The translations under genes and the position numbers were made by a program. From Eledone cirrhosa (taxonomy: Eukaryota), in NCBI GenBank assembly GCA_964016885.1, contig OZ024741.1, forward strand, positions 177,072,001-177,136,000: a DNA stretch of 64,000 nt. Direction: 5' to 3'. Positions 53,913-64,000 of the stretch are shown here, one piece after another. How positions within the stretch are numbered: the first letter of the stretch is position 1; every line of letters begins with the position of its first letter. Under the pieces are notes generated by a model. It was not told the DNA's origin. It searched no databases and was given only the letters and a program-made list of their open reading frames with translations.

Positions 53913-54707
53913 CTAAAGCGTAACCTAATACAAGAAATATCTAAAATCACCACACCAGCAGAAAAACTAACATTTATAAGCCTTATACGCCCCGAAGAAC
54001 AGTACATTACTCAAGAATGTAATAAGCACTTTAACAGAAAATTAAAGTGGCTTAAACAGGCAAAGCTAAATCGGGATACTATAGAGTATACCAATAGATA
54101 TCCCGACAAAATGGACGGTATCAACATGGCCGACACCTCATTATCTGAAGAGTTCAACAATGAAAATACCAACATTTATGGAAACACGGAAATAGATAAT
54201 AATGAAATGTCTGTGTTACGTCTGCCACCCAAATTTGCAACATTCAAGAAGGTAAATATGATTAGTTGTCTGTCAGAAATAGAAAAATCATTTACGAAAC
54301 TACGCTGGAGCATCAAAAACAAAAACAAATGCAACAATATACGCACACACATATACAACACACATCCCAACAACAACAGACACACAGACACAAACAACAA
54401 TAACAACAACAATAGCAACATACCCAGATACAACAACAACAATAGCAACATACCCAGATACAACAGACACGCAGACACAAACAACAATAACAACACACAC
54501 GGAGACAACAATAACAACAACACACACATCAACAACAACAACAATAGCAACATACCCAGATACAACACCAACAGACACGCAAACACAAACAACAATAACA
54601 ACACACACAACAAGGATAACACACACAGACACGGAGACAACAACAACACACATCAACAACAACAACACACACGCATGCAATGCCTCTCACCACCACCACA
54701 ATCTTAA
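53913..54707 (+). CDS. PLE ORF N-terminal region (Asn/Thr/His repeat-expanded; shifts frame into 54680-57394)
   Basis: Open from 53913; NEMSVLRLPPKFA..LSEIEKSFTKLRW is typical of PLE N-terminal domains. Confidence 0.7.
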   Translation, partial: LKRNLIQEISKITTPAEKLTFISLIRPEEQYITQECNKHFNRKLKWLKQAKLNRDTIEYTNRYPDKMDGINMADTSLSEEFNNENTNIYGNTEIDNNEMSVLRLPPKFATFKKVNMISCLSEIEKSFTKLRWSIKNKNKCNNIRTHIYNTHPNNNRHTDTNNNNNNNSNIPRYNNNNSNIPRYNRHADTNNNNNTHGDNNNNNTHINNNNNSNIPRYNTNRHANTNNNNNTHNKDNTHRHGDNNNTHQQQQHTRMQCLSPPPQS

Positions 54708-57394
54708 CAAACACACAAACACAGAAAACAAGTAATGACAGTAGCACAGAAATCAGAGAAATAAGAGAAAGTAATAGTAATAGGATTAAAAGGAAAAGGG
54801 GATGGGAGACTAAGGACAAAGAGAATAACCAAGACGAACACACAGACACACAAAATAGGGTAGATAACAACATTGAGCCAGTGGAAAGAGACAGGAGTAA
54901 TTATGAGAGACATAGAAACAACCATGAAGCTGAGGCTGCTGCTGTTGGTGGAAATAGAAACAACACAACCAACAATAACAATAGCACTAGTACACATGAA
55001 GCAGCAGCCTGGAACTCTCCGTTTTATAACCCCTCCGATAAATCATTCGACCTACGACGAGTCCACGCCACGACTTTGCCATTTAACAAACGCACGCAGT
55101 TGCAGTCGCAGGTCGATGAACAAACAGAAGCACAATTTAGTATAGCTAAATCCGAACTTAGAAATATTATAGAACAGTATAGCAAGAAGCATAATAGAAT
55201 AGAGGCCCAGCAACTGGGAGAAGAATCTGCAAATGGCTTGCGTAAGCTCATGCAGCGCTCGCGTAATGGAGAGATAGCATGCTTTCCAACAGACAAGTCT
55301 GGCAGAATGTCGGTTGACAGCCTGCCAAACTACATCCAGGCAATGCAACCCCACATCACTAACACAAGAGAGGTAACACCACAGGAGCATGAGGATAGAG
55401 AAAAAACCCTCAATGCCCATATGGTGATGTGGACAAATATAATGCAGCCCAACAAAAGGACTGCCAACAACTTCCAGGCCTGGAACAATGACGTGCCGGC
55501 GTTGTATGGGCTTCGAAAATATCATAAAACGGGCTGGGACCCTGTCGCGGGACCACCAACACGGCCAGTCTGTGGGGCTAACATTGCTAGTAACTACAGA
55601 CTGTCCTACTTCCTCTCCCTGATCATACGCCCCATCATTGAGATGTCCCCAGATGTGTGTGACAGCACGGAGGACCTCCTCAGCAGAATCGGTGCGGGTA
55701 ACCGATCTGGGGACCTAACAAACTGCATAATAGGCAGTATGGATGTTGTGTCCCTGTATCCATCTATTGACGTGGATTTTGCTGTGGAGAAATGCGTCGA
55801 AATTATCAGCGAGAGCAAGGTTGAGTTCCGTGGGATTGATACCAGTGAGCTGGGACTTCTACTTAAGCTTACCCATAGTAATAGTTACCTAAACACTTAT
55901 GACCTTAGCAACCTGTGCCCTACAAGACCAGCAAGAGGCAGACCACCTACCATTACCTCAATGGCCAAGAAAACCCACACAGATAGATGGAACGGGTGGA
56001 CCAGAGCCATACGGACACCCGAAAACCACGATGAACTGAAGAAAATGATTGCACATGCGGTAGGGGCCAGCATAAAATTAACCCTTAAGGAACATATGTT
56101 CAAATTTAATGGTAAAACATATGCCCAAGAGGAAGGAGCAGCCATTGGTGTTAGCATTGCAGGCGACATAGCTAACTTATTCATGGTATGGTGGGACAGT
56201 AGACTTAAACAAAAACTTAATGAACAATTAGAAGACAGCTTAACCCTGATAATGTACTCCCGCTACGTAGATGATATAAACATCGTAGTTAAGACACCCC
56301 CACTAAAGAACAGTCAGGAACTAGAGAAAAACACAATGGAAAGCATCCAGCAAATAGCAAACTCCATCCACCAGAGCATTAGAGTTACTATAGACTACCC
56401 AAGTAGACACCCCAACCATCGATTACCTGTACTAGACACAGAGCTCTGGTTAGATACAATTAACAACCAAAAACAAATCCTCCATTCCCATTATGCCAAA
56501 CCCATGACTTCCAAACATCTGATCCACCGAAACTCGGCCATTTCGGACCATACCAAAATCAACATACTGATTGCGGATTTGGTACGGGTGATGAGAAATG
56601 TGTCCCGCATGTGCAACCCCGAAGAACTAGAGACACACATACAACACTTCATCCACCGTATGCAGTTCTCTGGCTACAATCAGAGAGATAGAATCAGAGT
56701 GTATAAAGGAGCCAGAACCAAATGGGAAACAATGGTAAATAATGACATAAATGGGACCTGCCCCTTGTATAGGAGCAAATTTTGGAATAGAATAGAAAGA
56801 ACTAAGAACAAGGCCAATAGAATAAACTCATGGTACGATAGCAATAAATACCAGAGTGTAATGTTCATCAATACAACCCCTAGAGGCGAACTAGCCTACA
56901 AATTTAGAAGGGCCCTAAAGAAACATAATCTCAATATTAAGATAGTAGAAAGACCTGGTACCTCCGTAAAAACACTTATTAGCAAGACATACCCGTTCCA
57001 AAGACCCTCATGTATAGATAAGAAATGTATAACCTGTAAAATAAGCCCCCATGTTAACTGTAAAACTAGAAATGTAGTATATAGCATAAGATGTACTGAA
57101 GGACAATGTAGAAACAAAAATATAGTGTACATAGGTGAGACAGCTCGTAGTATAGGGGAACGAATAAATGAACACTGGCGAGACCTCCAAGATAATAAAG
57201 AATCATCTGTGCTCTACCAACATGCTAAGATAGAACACAGGGGTAAATTAGAGAGCATAGAAATAAAAATAGAATCCACACACAAGAAAGACGCAAGGTT
57301 TAGGCAAATTACAGAGGCAGTAAGCATAAAAGAATTAAAACCAAAATTAAATAGAAAATATGAGTGGAACAGCAACATCACAACTTACAATTAA
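54680..57394 (+). CDS. PLE reverse transcriptase + Cys-rich linker + GIY-YIG endonuclease
   Basis: PTDKSG, LYGLRKYHK, PTRPV, SMDVVSLYPSI, GAAIG, RYVDDI, LPVLD, YAKP; CIDKKCITC..C; VVYSIRC..YIGETARSIGERINEH; LNRKYE. Confidence 0.95.
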   Translation: MPLTTTTILTNTQTQKTSNDSSTEIREIRESNSNRIKRKRGWETKDKENNQDEHTDTQNRVDNNIEPVERDRSNYERHRNNHEAEAAAVGGNRNNTTNNNNSTSTHEAAAWNSPFYNPSDKSFDLRRVHATTLPFNKRTQLQSQVDEQTEAQFSIAKSELRNIIEQYSKKHNRIEAQQLGEESANGLRKLMQRSRNGEIACFPTDKSGRMSVDSLPNYIQAMQPHITNTREVTPQEHEDREKTLNAHMVMWTNIMQPNKRTANNFQAWNNDVPALYGLRKYHKTGWDPVAGPPTRPVCGANIASNYRLSYFLSLIIRPIIEMSPDVCDSTEDLLSRIGAGNRSGDLTNCIIGSMDVVSLYPSIDVDFAVEKCVEIISESKVEFRGIDTSELGLLLKLTHSNSYLNTYDLSNLCPTRPARGRPPTITSMAKKTHTDRWNGWTRAIRTPENHDELKKMIAHAVGASIKLTLKEHMFKFNGKTYAQEEGAAIGVSIAGDIANLFMVWWDSRLKQKLNEQLEDSLTLIMYSRYVDDINIVVKTPPLKNSQELEKNTMESIQQIANSIHQSIRVTIDYPSRHPNHRLPVLDTELWLDTINNQKQILHSHYAKPMTSKHLIHRNSAISDHTKINILIADLVRVMRNVSRMCNPEELETHIQHFIHRMQFSGYNQRDRIRVYKGARTKWETMVNNDINGTCPLYRSKFWNRIERTKNKANRINSWYDSNKYQSVMFINTTPRGELAYKFRRALKKHNLNIKIVERPGTSVKTLISKTYPFQRPSCIDKKCITCKISPHVNCKTRNVVYSIRCTEGQCRNKNIVYIGETARSIGERINEHWRDLQDNKESSVLYQHAKIEHRGKLESIEIKIESTHKKDARFRQITEAVSIKELKPKLNRKYEWNSNITTYN

Positions 57395-57699
57395 GGACAA
57401 AATGAAAACACACACACACATAGAACAAACAACTTACAATTGAAAACACACACAAAATGAAAACACACACAAGACAAAATGAAAACACACACACACATAG
57501 AACAAACAACCAACCAACAATAAATAAATAAATAAACAAACAAATAGAAAAATATAAATAGAAAAATAGAAAAATGAACACAAACACACACAGACACCCG
57601 GATGTGGCGCATGCGCAAACTGAGCACGCAACCCACACACAAACAAAATGGCGTAGGATAGAAGAAAATAAAGGCACAGAAACGAAGAAAGAAATCCCC

Positions 57700-57744
57700 A
57701 GTCACTGAAGAGGTCACAGAGTGTGTGACGAAAGAACTATAACT
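57700..57744 (+). ncRNA. Minimal type I hammerhead ribozyme in the PLE 3' pseudo-LTR
   Basis: agtca-CTGAAGA-g-gtcaca(gagtg)tgtgac-GAAA-gaacTA^taact. Confidence 0.7.
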
Positions 57745-57951
57745 ATATATATATAAACAACTATCTGGTTGTGGAACCAACCAACCAACCAACCAGAAAT
57801 TTATAAATTTGTAAATTTATAAATATATAATAAATTAAATTGAAGTGAAAGCAACTGGTGTGTGTGTTTCTTATTGGCAACATAAGTATAACAATATCGG
57901 TTTCAACACACGATTTCAGATAAAGAATCTTGCTAAACAAATTCAGAAACG

Positions 57952-58113
<162 letters not shown>

Positions 58114-58528
58114 GGGTGGGTGCGAGCATTTATGTACGTATTAATATAATATATACGCGGATTTTAAGTATTGCCGTGCCTGGCAAAATACCTCTCAAAC
58201 AAGTAAAATAGAATGATTTGTACTCCCCAATTCCATTGTTGCAGGAAGCTCTATCAGACATATTTATACGGAGTATGGTTTTTCATGGTGTATCATCCCA
58301 ATATATGCCAAAGTATATTGTAGATATTATGTACAATATTATGTCCAGATATCAAGAGCCACCAAGCCTGATTTTCAATTTATTCCGTCTGGTATTGACA
58401 ACATATTTACTAGGTAATATTTGATTTGAAGGATATTATCATCTATACCTCTTCTCTTAAATTTTGGATCTTTCTTCTACATCAGAATATATTGTTAACA
58501 ATATATTCGGAGAAACACAGGTAATTAT

Positions 58529-59336
58529 TGTTATACTTTGGGAGGGTCATGTTGCCAATAAGAAACACACGCACCAGTAACTTTCACTTCAATTTATTAA
58601 AATAAATCTATAAATTTAGGAATTTAAAAATTTCCGGTTGGCTGGCTGATTCCACAACCAGACGACTACTCATATATTGTCAAAGTTCCATCGTCACACA
58701 CTCCGTGACCTCCTCAGCGACTGGGGTCGCTCCTCCCTGTCTCTGTGCCTCTCCCTTGCTCCGTCCCACGCCATCCTTCCCCTGTGTGCGCTGTGTGTCT
58801 GTCTGCGTCCCTATTTGTCTACCTACCTGTCTATTTACATGTTACTGGCCGGCTGCCTGCTCCATGGGTGTGTGTGTCCTCATCCTGTCCCTAATTGTAA
58901 GTTGTGATGTTGCTGTTCCATTCATGCTTTCTATTTAATTTAAATAGACAGGTAGGTAGACAAATATGGACTCACACAGACACCCGGATGTGGCGCATGT
59001 GCGGGCTGAGCACACCGCACACAGGGGCAGGATGGCGTGGGACGGAGCAAGGGAGAGGCACAGGAACATGGAGGGGGTCCCCAGTCGCTGAGGAGGTCAC
59101 ATAGTGTATGACGAGGGAACTTTGACAATATATGAGCAGTCGTCTGGTTATGGAGCCAGCCAGCCAACCGGAAATTTGTAAATTCCTAAATTTATAGATT
59201 CATTATAATAAATTGAAGTGAAAGGATCTGGTGCGTGTGTTTCTTATTGGCAACATGACCCTCCCAAAGTATAACAATATCGGTTTCAACACACGTTTTC
59301 AGATAAAGAATCTTGCTAAAAAAATTCAGAAACGAA
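58529..59336. mobile_element. Non-autonomous PLE derivative: inverted pair of 3' pseudo-LTRs with 12-bp TSD
   Basis: 58529-58935 (-) and 58936-59336 (+) homologous to 57345-57954; ACAGGTAATTAT at 58517-58528 and 59337-59348. Confidence 0.88.
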
Positions 59337-59524
59337 ACAGGTAATTATATATTGTAGAAACATAGGCTAGAAGCCAACGTCTGAGTTGGAATCTCGCTTG
59401 AATTTTGCTTATGAAATTTTACCGGTATCATATCATCGATATTCTTCAGAGTTAGATGACTAAAAATAATTTGTTTTCTCTTTATTTCTATAGATTGACA
59501 AACATGTGTGAGCATACATGCAAT

Positions 59525-59660
59525 GGTTTCTTATTTAGGTACAAGTTTATCAATTTTTAGGGAGGCTAATACGCGACATTTGAACTCAGAACGCAAAGTC
59601 TGTAACTAAATATAGTAAACTATTTAATACAGTGCTCTGGCAATACTGCCAATCCCGGAC
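59525..59660 (-). mobile_element. Degenerate SINE
   Basis: atttgaactcagaacg...aatactgccaatcc (B and A box remnants). Confidence 0.6.
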
Positions 59661-59819
59661 CAACACATATCTTTGTATATTTAAAACGTAATTCACCAAT
59701 CTCTTGTTCAGATTGCCATCATCTGCATGGTGAGATTACTGTCATTTTCAGCTTGCAATGCGACAATATAGGTTCTTCCTTTTTGACACACTATATATAT
59801 TACTGAAGGAGGCTGAACA

Positions 59820-60560
59820 AATCTTCTTCTCCTTCTTCTTAATTAATCCCTCCATCGAAGGTGAAGCATTTTGCTTTTTCCAATGGATAAAATATATGCG
59901 GATTGCGACACCTGGATACACATAGATTTACCCAATCATAGGGGCAGTTCTGCCAACCCATTGCTAAGTTAATAGTCTATCATCTGCGAAGCCAGTTGTT
60001 TTCACAACGCCGAGGTCATCTAACTAATCTTATTGTCGCCACATAAACTAAGCATGATTTTTATCGAGGCTTACTTCTCAATATCCGACCTGTTCTTTTA
60101 GACTATCCCATGATAGCCATATCAGAGGTACCTCATGTAGAATGTGGATCTTCACTAGAAAGATCGGTCTTCCAACTGAGAGAGACTAGGTGTTCAGGTT
60201 TAATAAGCATCTATTGCCCCGTATCTCTCCGCTAAGTTACATAGTGAACAGACTCCGGGATAGACGGGCACGCCACAAAATATCATCCGGTGCCAAACAC
60301 TGAGAGCTATTACAGCTCTGCACCCACCTAAACGAACGTGTACATATTTTCGCATCCACATAATATTTACATATGTACACACTATTTGATAGTGCGTTGG
60401 CACTCTTGAGTTCCTTAAAATGTGTCGGGTTTTGTTTTCATCCCGCACGTTGTGCAATATCACCCTCCTGACTAAGAAAACTTGGTTGGATTGCCTGTTT
60501 AGTCAACGACGACGCAACAATGTGACAGATTATGCTGGGTTACTTGTTACCAGTAGCACT
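59820..60560 (-). mobile_element. Probable decayed LINE 3' fragment with (GAA)n tail
   Basis: Minus-strand IHILHE-like remnant (~60130) and short GAA-rich tail at 59822-59840; weak. Confidence 0.35.
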
Positions 60561-61746
60561 CAGGAGTTAACTGAAAAATTGTACAATGAATAATAGAGAG
60601 TAACTGTGCCTCACTATTATAAATTTGTGGGTTCGAACACTGGACTGGGTACCGCGTTGCATTTTCGAGAGAAACGCTTCTTTTACCGCTGCGTTTCATG
60701 ATAGGACTGGGCGATTTATCATTTACAAACTCACTGAAAAAAACCCTATGTAATACAATCACGTAGCAGGCCAGCTAAGGATATATGTGTGAGCTGTAGA
60801 TTTCATTTTTCCTTTCATTTCATGTTCGATTTGAACTTGAATCCTCTAGGGTGATTTAAGCTTTGATTATTATCTATTTTGAGATGTCTTATCAAAGTAA
60901 CCATTACAGCAGATAATGATACAATCAGTAGCAGACTTTATTCCAATCAATATTTTCCATTCGAATTCGTGGTACTCTGCCAAAGTATTAATATGCCAAT
61001 GTGAGACATCTTTGTTACGAAAATCACCATAACTTTTATCATAATAACCAACACCCCAATTATCATCATTATCATCACCATCATAAACGTCTTCATCATT
61101 GTTGTGACCACCACCAACAAACACCCACCGCCACCTCGACTTTCAGCTTCATCTCCACCGTTATAACCCTCCTCACTAGCAATACAAACACCAACAAGAA
61201 CCTCAGAAACGCAACCCGACAGCATCACCATGCTCAATCTATCTACATTAATATGATTATTAAATACATGTATTTAGTTCAGTTATTAATTTCATCTCGT
61301 TAAAGATATTACTGCAATAAAATCTAATATTCATAAAAATTCCGCTGAAATTAAAATTTGGTGTATTAGCTACGAACGAAAACATAATTTGAAGTTAAAT
61401 ATAAAAAAAAAATGCAGAAAATTTTATATCTTACATGATTAACAACAACAAAACTAATACAACCGACAATATTAAAATCAAGAAAAACCAAAAAATAAAA
61501 AAACGTAAAAGTAACGGCAATAAAAAATATTCAAATAACAACAATAACAATAGTAATAACAACAAGAAAAACCAGCGATATCAACGGCAATAACACAATG
61601 TAGTTGCGACTTTGAGTCACATCCCTTATCCATATAATCCTATGTGTGTGAAACTTTACCACAGGAAACATCTGTTAGTGATTATAATATTGATATGCAA
61701 GGAGATTAAATAAAAAGAGCGTTCGGTCCTTATATAAAATCCATAT

Positions 61747-61794
<48 letters not shown>

Positions 61795-61902
61795 TCCCAA
61801 ATGAAACAGTTCTAGTCCTGTAGAAGCCTTTCTACATTAAATATTTGCGTTGTATAGAGTACCTTACTTACTGTTGCTATCCGAGATTTAACCCGGGATA
61901 TA

Positions 61903-61990
<88 letters not shown>

Positions 61991-62079
61991 CTATATACAT
62001 ATTTCTATATTTTCATTTATATATATATATATAAGACGAAACATAAGTCAGTTGCATGAACTCATAATCCTTTATTTAC

Positions 62080-62131
62080 TGCTATATATATTTCGATGAT
62101 AGCCATTGAATGGCTATGACCTCATCAGGCA
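62080..62131 (-). ncRNA. Same hammerhead, inverted copy
   Basis: tgctatatatatttcgatgatagccattgaatggctatgacctcatcaggca. Confidence 0.8.
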
Positions 62132-62265
62132 TTTAGTCAGTTCTTAGATATGCCAGCTTTGTGTATATAGTGTTGATGGTATCAGAGCTTTGTGACATAT
62201 GTCCCAAGGCTCTGATACCATGCACACTATAAACACAGAGCTGGCATATCTAAGAACTGACTAAA

Positions 62266-62317
62266 TGCCTGATGAGGTAATAGCCATTCAATGGCTATCA
62301 TCGAAATATATATAGCA
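62266..62317 (+). ncRNA. Type I minimal hammerhead ribozyme, canonical core
   Basis: tgc-CTGATGA-ggt(aatagccattcaatggctatc)atc-GAAA-tatataTA^gca; palindromic stem III. Confidence 0.8.
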
Positions 62318-63566
62318 GTAAATAAAGGATTATGAGTTCATGCAATTGACTTATGTTTCCTCACTATTATAACTCCGGAACATATATCTTCGTTGAGTGC
62401 TCCCTATCCGCATACTGAAGTACTGGATTTTACCAACACTTACTTTCTTGCTTATATATATATGAAATATAGACAACCTATGTATTTCTGGGGTTACCTA
62501 GTACCCTTAGACATATTAACTTTATTCATTATACTCCGTTATGTAGAGAACAAATCTGTTGTTCTATTTAGCTGCTATTTTTTTAGTAGCAACTATAGAC
62601 AACAAGTCTTTGGTTTCCCGCCTTCACTTCAGTCCGGCGTACATACAGGTCACTTTTACGACCTTTCAGGCCTGTGTGAGCTGGCGAAGAGGTCATATAT
62701 TTTATCGTTCCTAGGTTTTTAACCCTAGGAAAGGAAAATGCTTCTCTGATTATCTTTGTTTTTCCATTATTATCCATAGGATATTAATGCAAAGTGAAAC
62801 TGTACAGAAAGGGCCATCTGAGTAGGTAAATATTTATATTATATTTTTTAATTTTAATTAATTTTAATTTTAAATTAATTTTGATTTATTTTGAAAAATT
62901 GTTTGAATTTTACTTGTTCTGCTTATCTTGATATATATATATATATATTTCTATATATATATTTCTATATTTTCATTTATATATATATATAATGAAAAGA
63001 TGAAAAATATAAGTTTTCGCCCGTAACTTTTATTTTTCATTTTTTCATTATACTTAATTGCAACCACACGGCTTGCCATTTTATTCATATAAGCTTCATT
63101 CGCCGCTGTAATCCGTCTCTTTTCTCTCCTCTTGTTGCTATCCTATCTCTCTCCCTTCTCTCTCATTCTCCCTCTTACTTTCGCTCACCCCCTGTGCTAG
63201 TCACCTTCTCTCGGCTAGCCTGCCACTATAACTATCTCTTTCTCGCTACCTCTTACTTTCACCCACTCCCTCTCTGGTAGTCATCCTCTCTCCGATAGCT
63301 CACTTCCTCCCTCGCCCGCCATTGTAAGCAGTCTCTACTCTCGCTAACAGGTCTATAGTGAAGACGTGTCTTTTTTCTCTCGTCAAACTCGCCAGTTCTT
63401 ATGTTCGAAATGAGTTGTTGACTTGATACTTTTCCTATTTTTCCTCTCTTTACGTTGCTTCACCCATCGTGTCTGTTTACATACCCACCCCCCTTTTTAT
63501 CCCAATAATGTATTTTCATTATTTTTATTATACTTAAATGCAGCCACACATCTCGCCATTTTATTC

Positions 63567-63598
<32 letters not shown>

Positions 63599-63619
63599 AT
63601 ATTATTAGATTTAACATCG

Positions 63620-64000
63620 TTCTAGCGGGTCCGGGTGAGTTTTTTACATTCATTTAAATTATTAAATTATTCATATTGTATTTGAGTGACCCGAATCTTC
63701 CTGGTCGTACTTTTTCGGCTGCATGGGTGATTTTAGGCATGATCTCTATGTGTTTGTATTTTAACGATAGTTATAGCTCTGATTTTTCCAAATTATTGAG
63801 CCCTCTGCCACATATATCGGATATTGTTTATCGTGATTTCGTGAGCTGATATTCCGATTCTCGATTATTCTACTATATTTAGCTCTAGACCCTAGCTATT
63901 GACCAGTTAATTTTATTGATGATTTTTTTGTTGATCTTATTGACTGATGAATAGCTCTTGTTTATTTTAACATGTCTGTTGAGCACTCTGATTCGATATG
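63620..64000 (-). pseudogene. Possible decayed PLE GIY-YIG C-terminal remnant
   Basis: INWSI and NTH(R)EIMPK-like remnants in broken frames; weak. Confidence 0.3.

Larger units (their letters stand above)
62038..62359. repeat. ~160-bp-arm palindrome carrying two hammerheads
   Basis: Arms nearly perfectly complementary, centre gacat|atgtc at 62198/62199. Confidence 0.92.

Overview
AT-rich, microsatellite-laden eukaryotic DNA made almost entirely of transposable elements. The SINE family and TA/CA/ATT load suggest a cephalopod (octopus-like) genome, which is an inference. No host gene can be confidently called. (1) 1-6.6 kb: decayed R4/Dong-clade non-LTR retrotransposons (+) interleaved with tRNA-derived SINEs (-). 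(2) 6.6-22.5 kb: microsatellites, TA-associated inverted duplications and RTE relics. (3) 22.5-48.7 kb: a ~26 kb stack of L1/Tx1-clade (+) and R4/Dong-clade (-) retrotransposons joined at (ATT)n tracts with consistent strand polarity. It includes one intact two-ORF Tx1 element and a second Tx1 copy with a near-identical ORF2 but a different 5'UTR/ORF1. (4) 48.9-50.4 kb: a non-autonomous Helitron. (5) 50.9-64 kb: a Penelope-like element (PLE) zone with a near-intact RT+GIY-YIG element, at least three unrelated hammerhead-ribozyme (HHR) sequence families, mostly in back-to-back inverted pairs, and a 318-nt HHR tandem repeat (U3-A8 core variant) fused to the 5' end of the PLE. The last looks like a retrozyme-like RNA co-integrated by the PLE machinery. 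Percent identities and folds were judged by eye, not computed.
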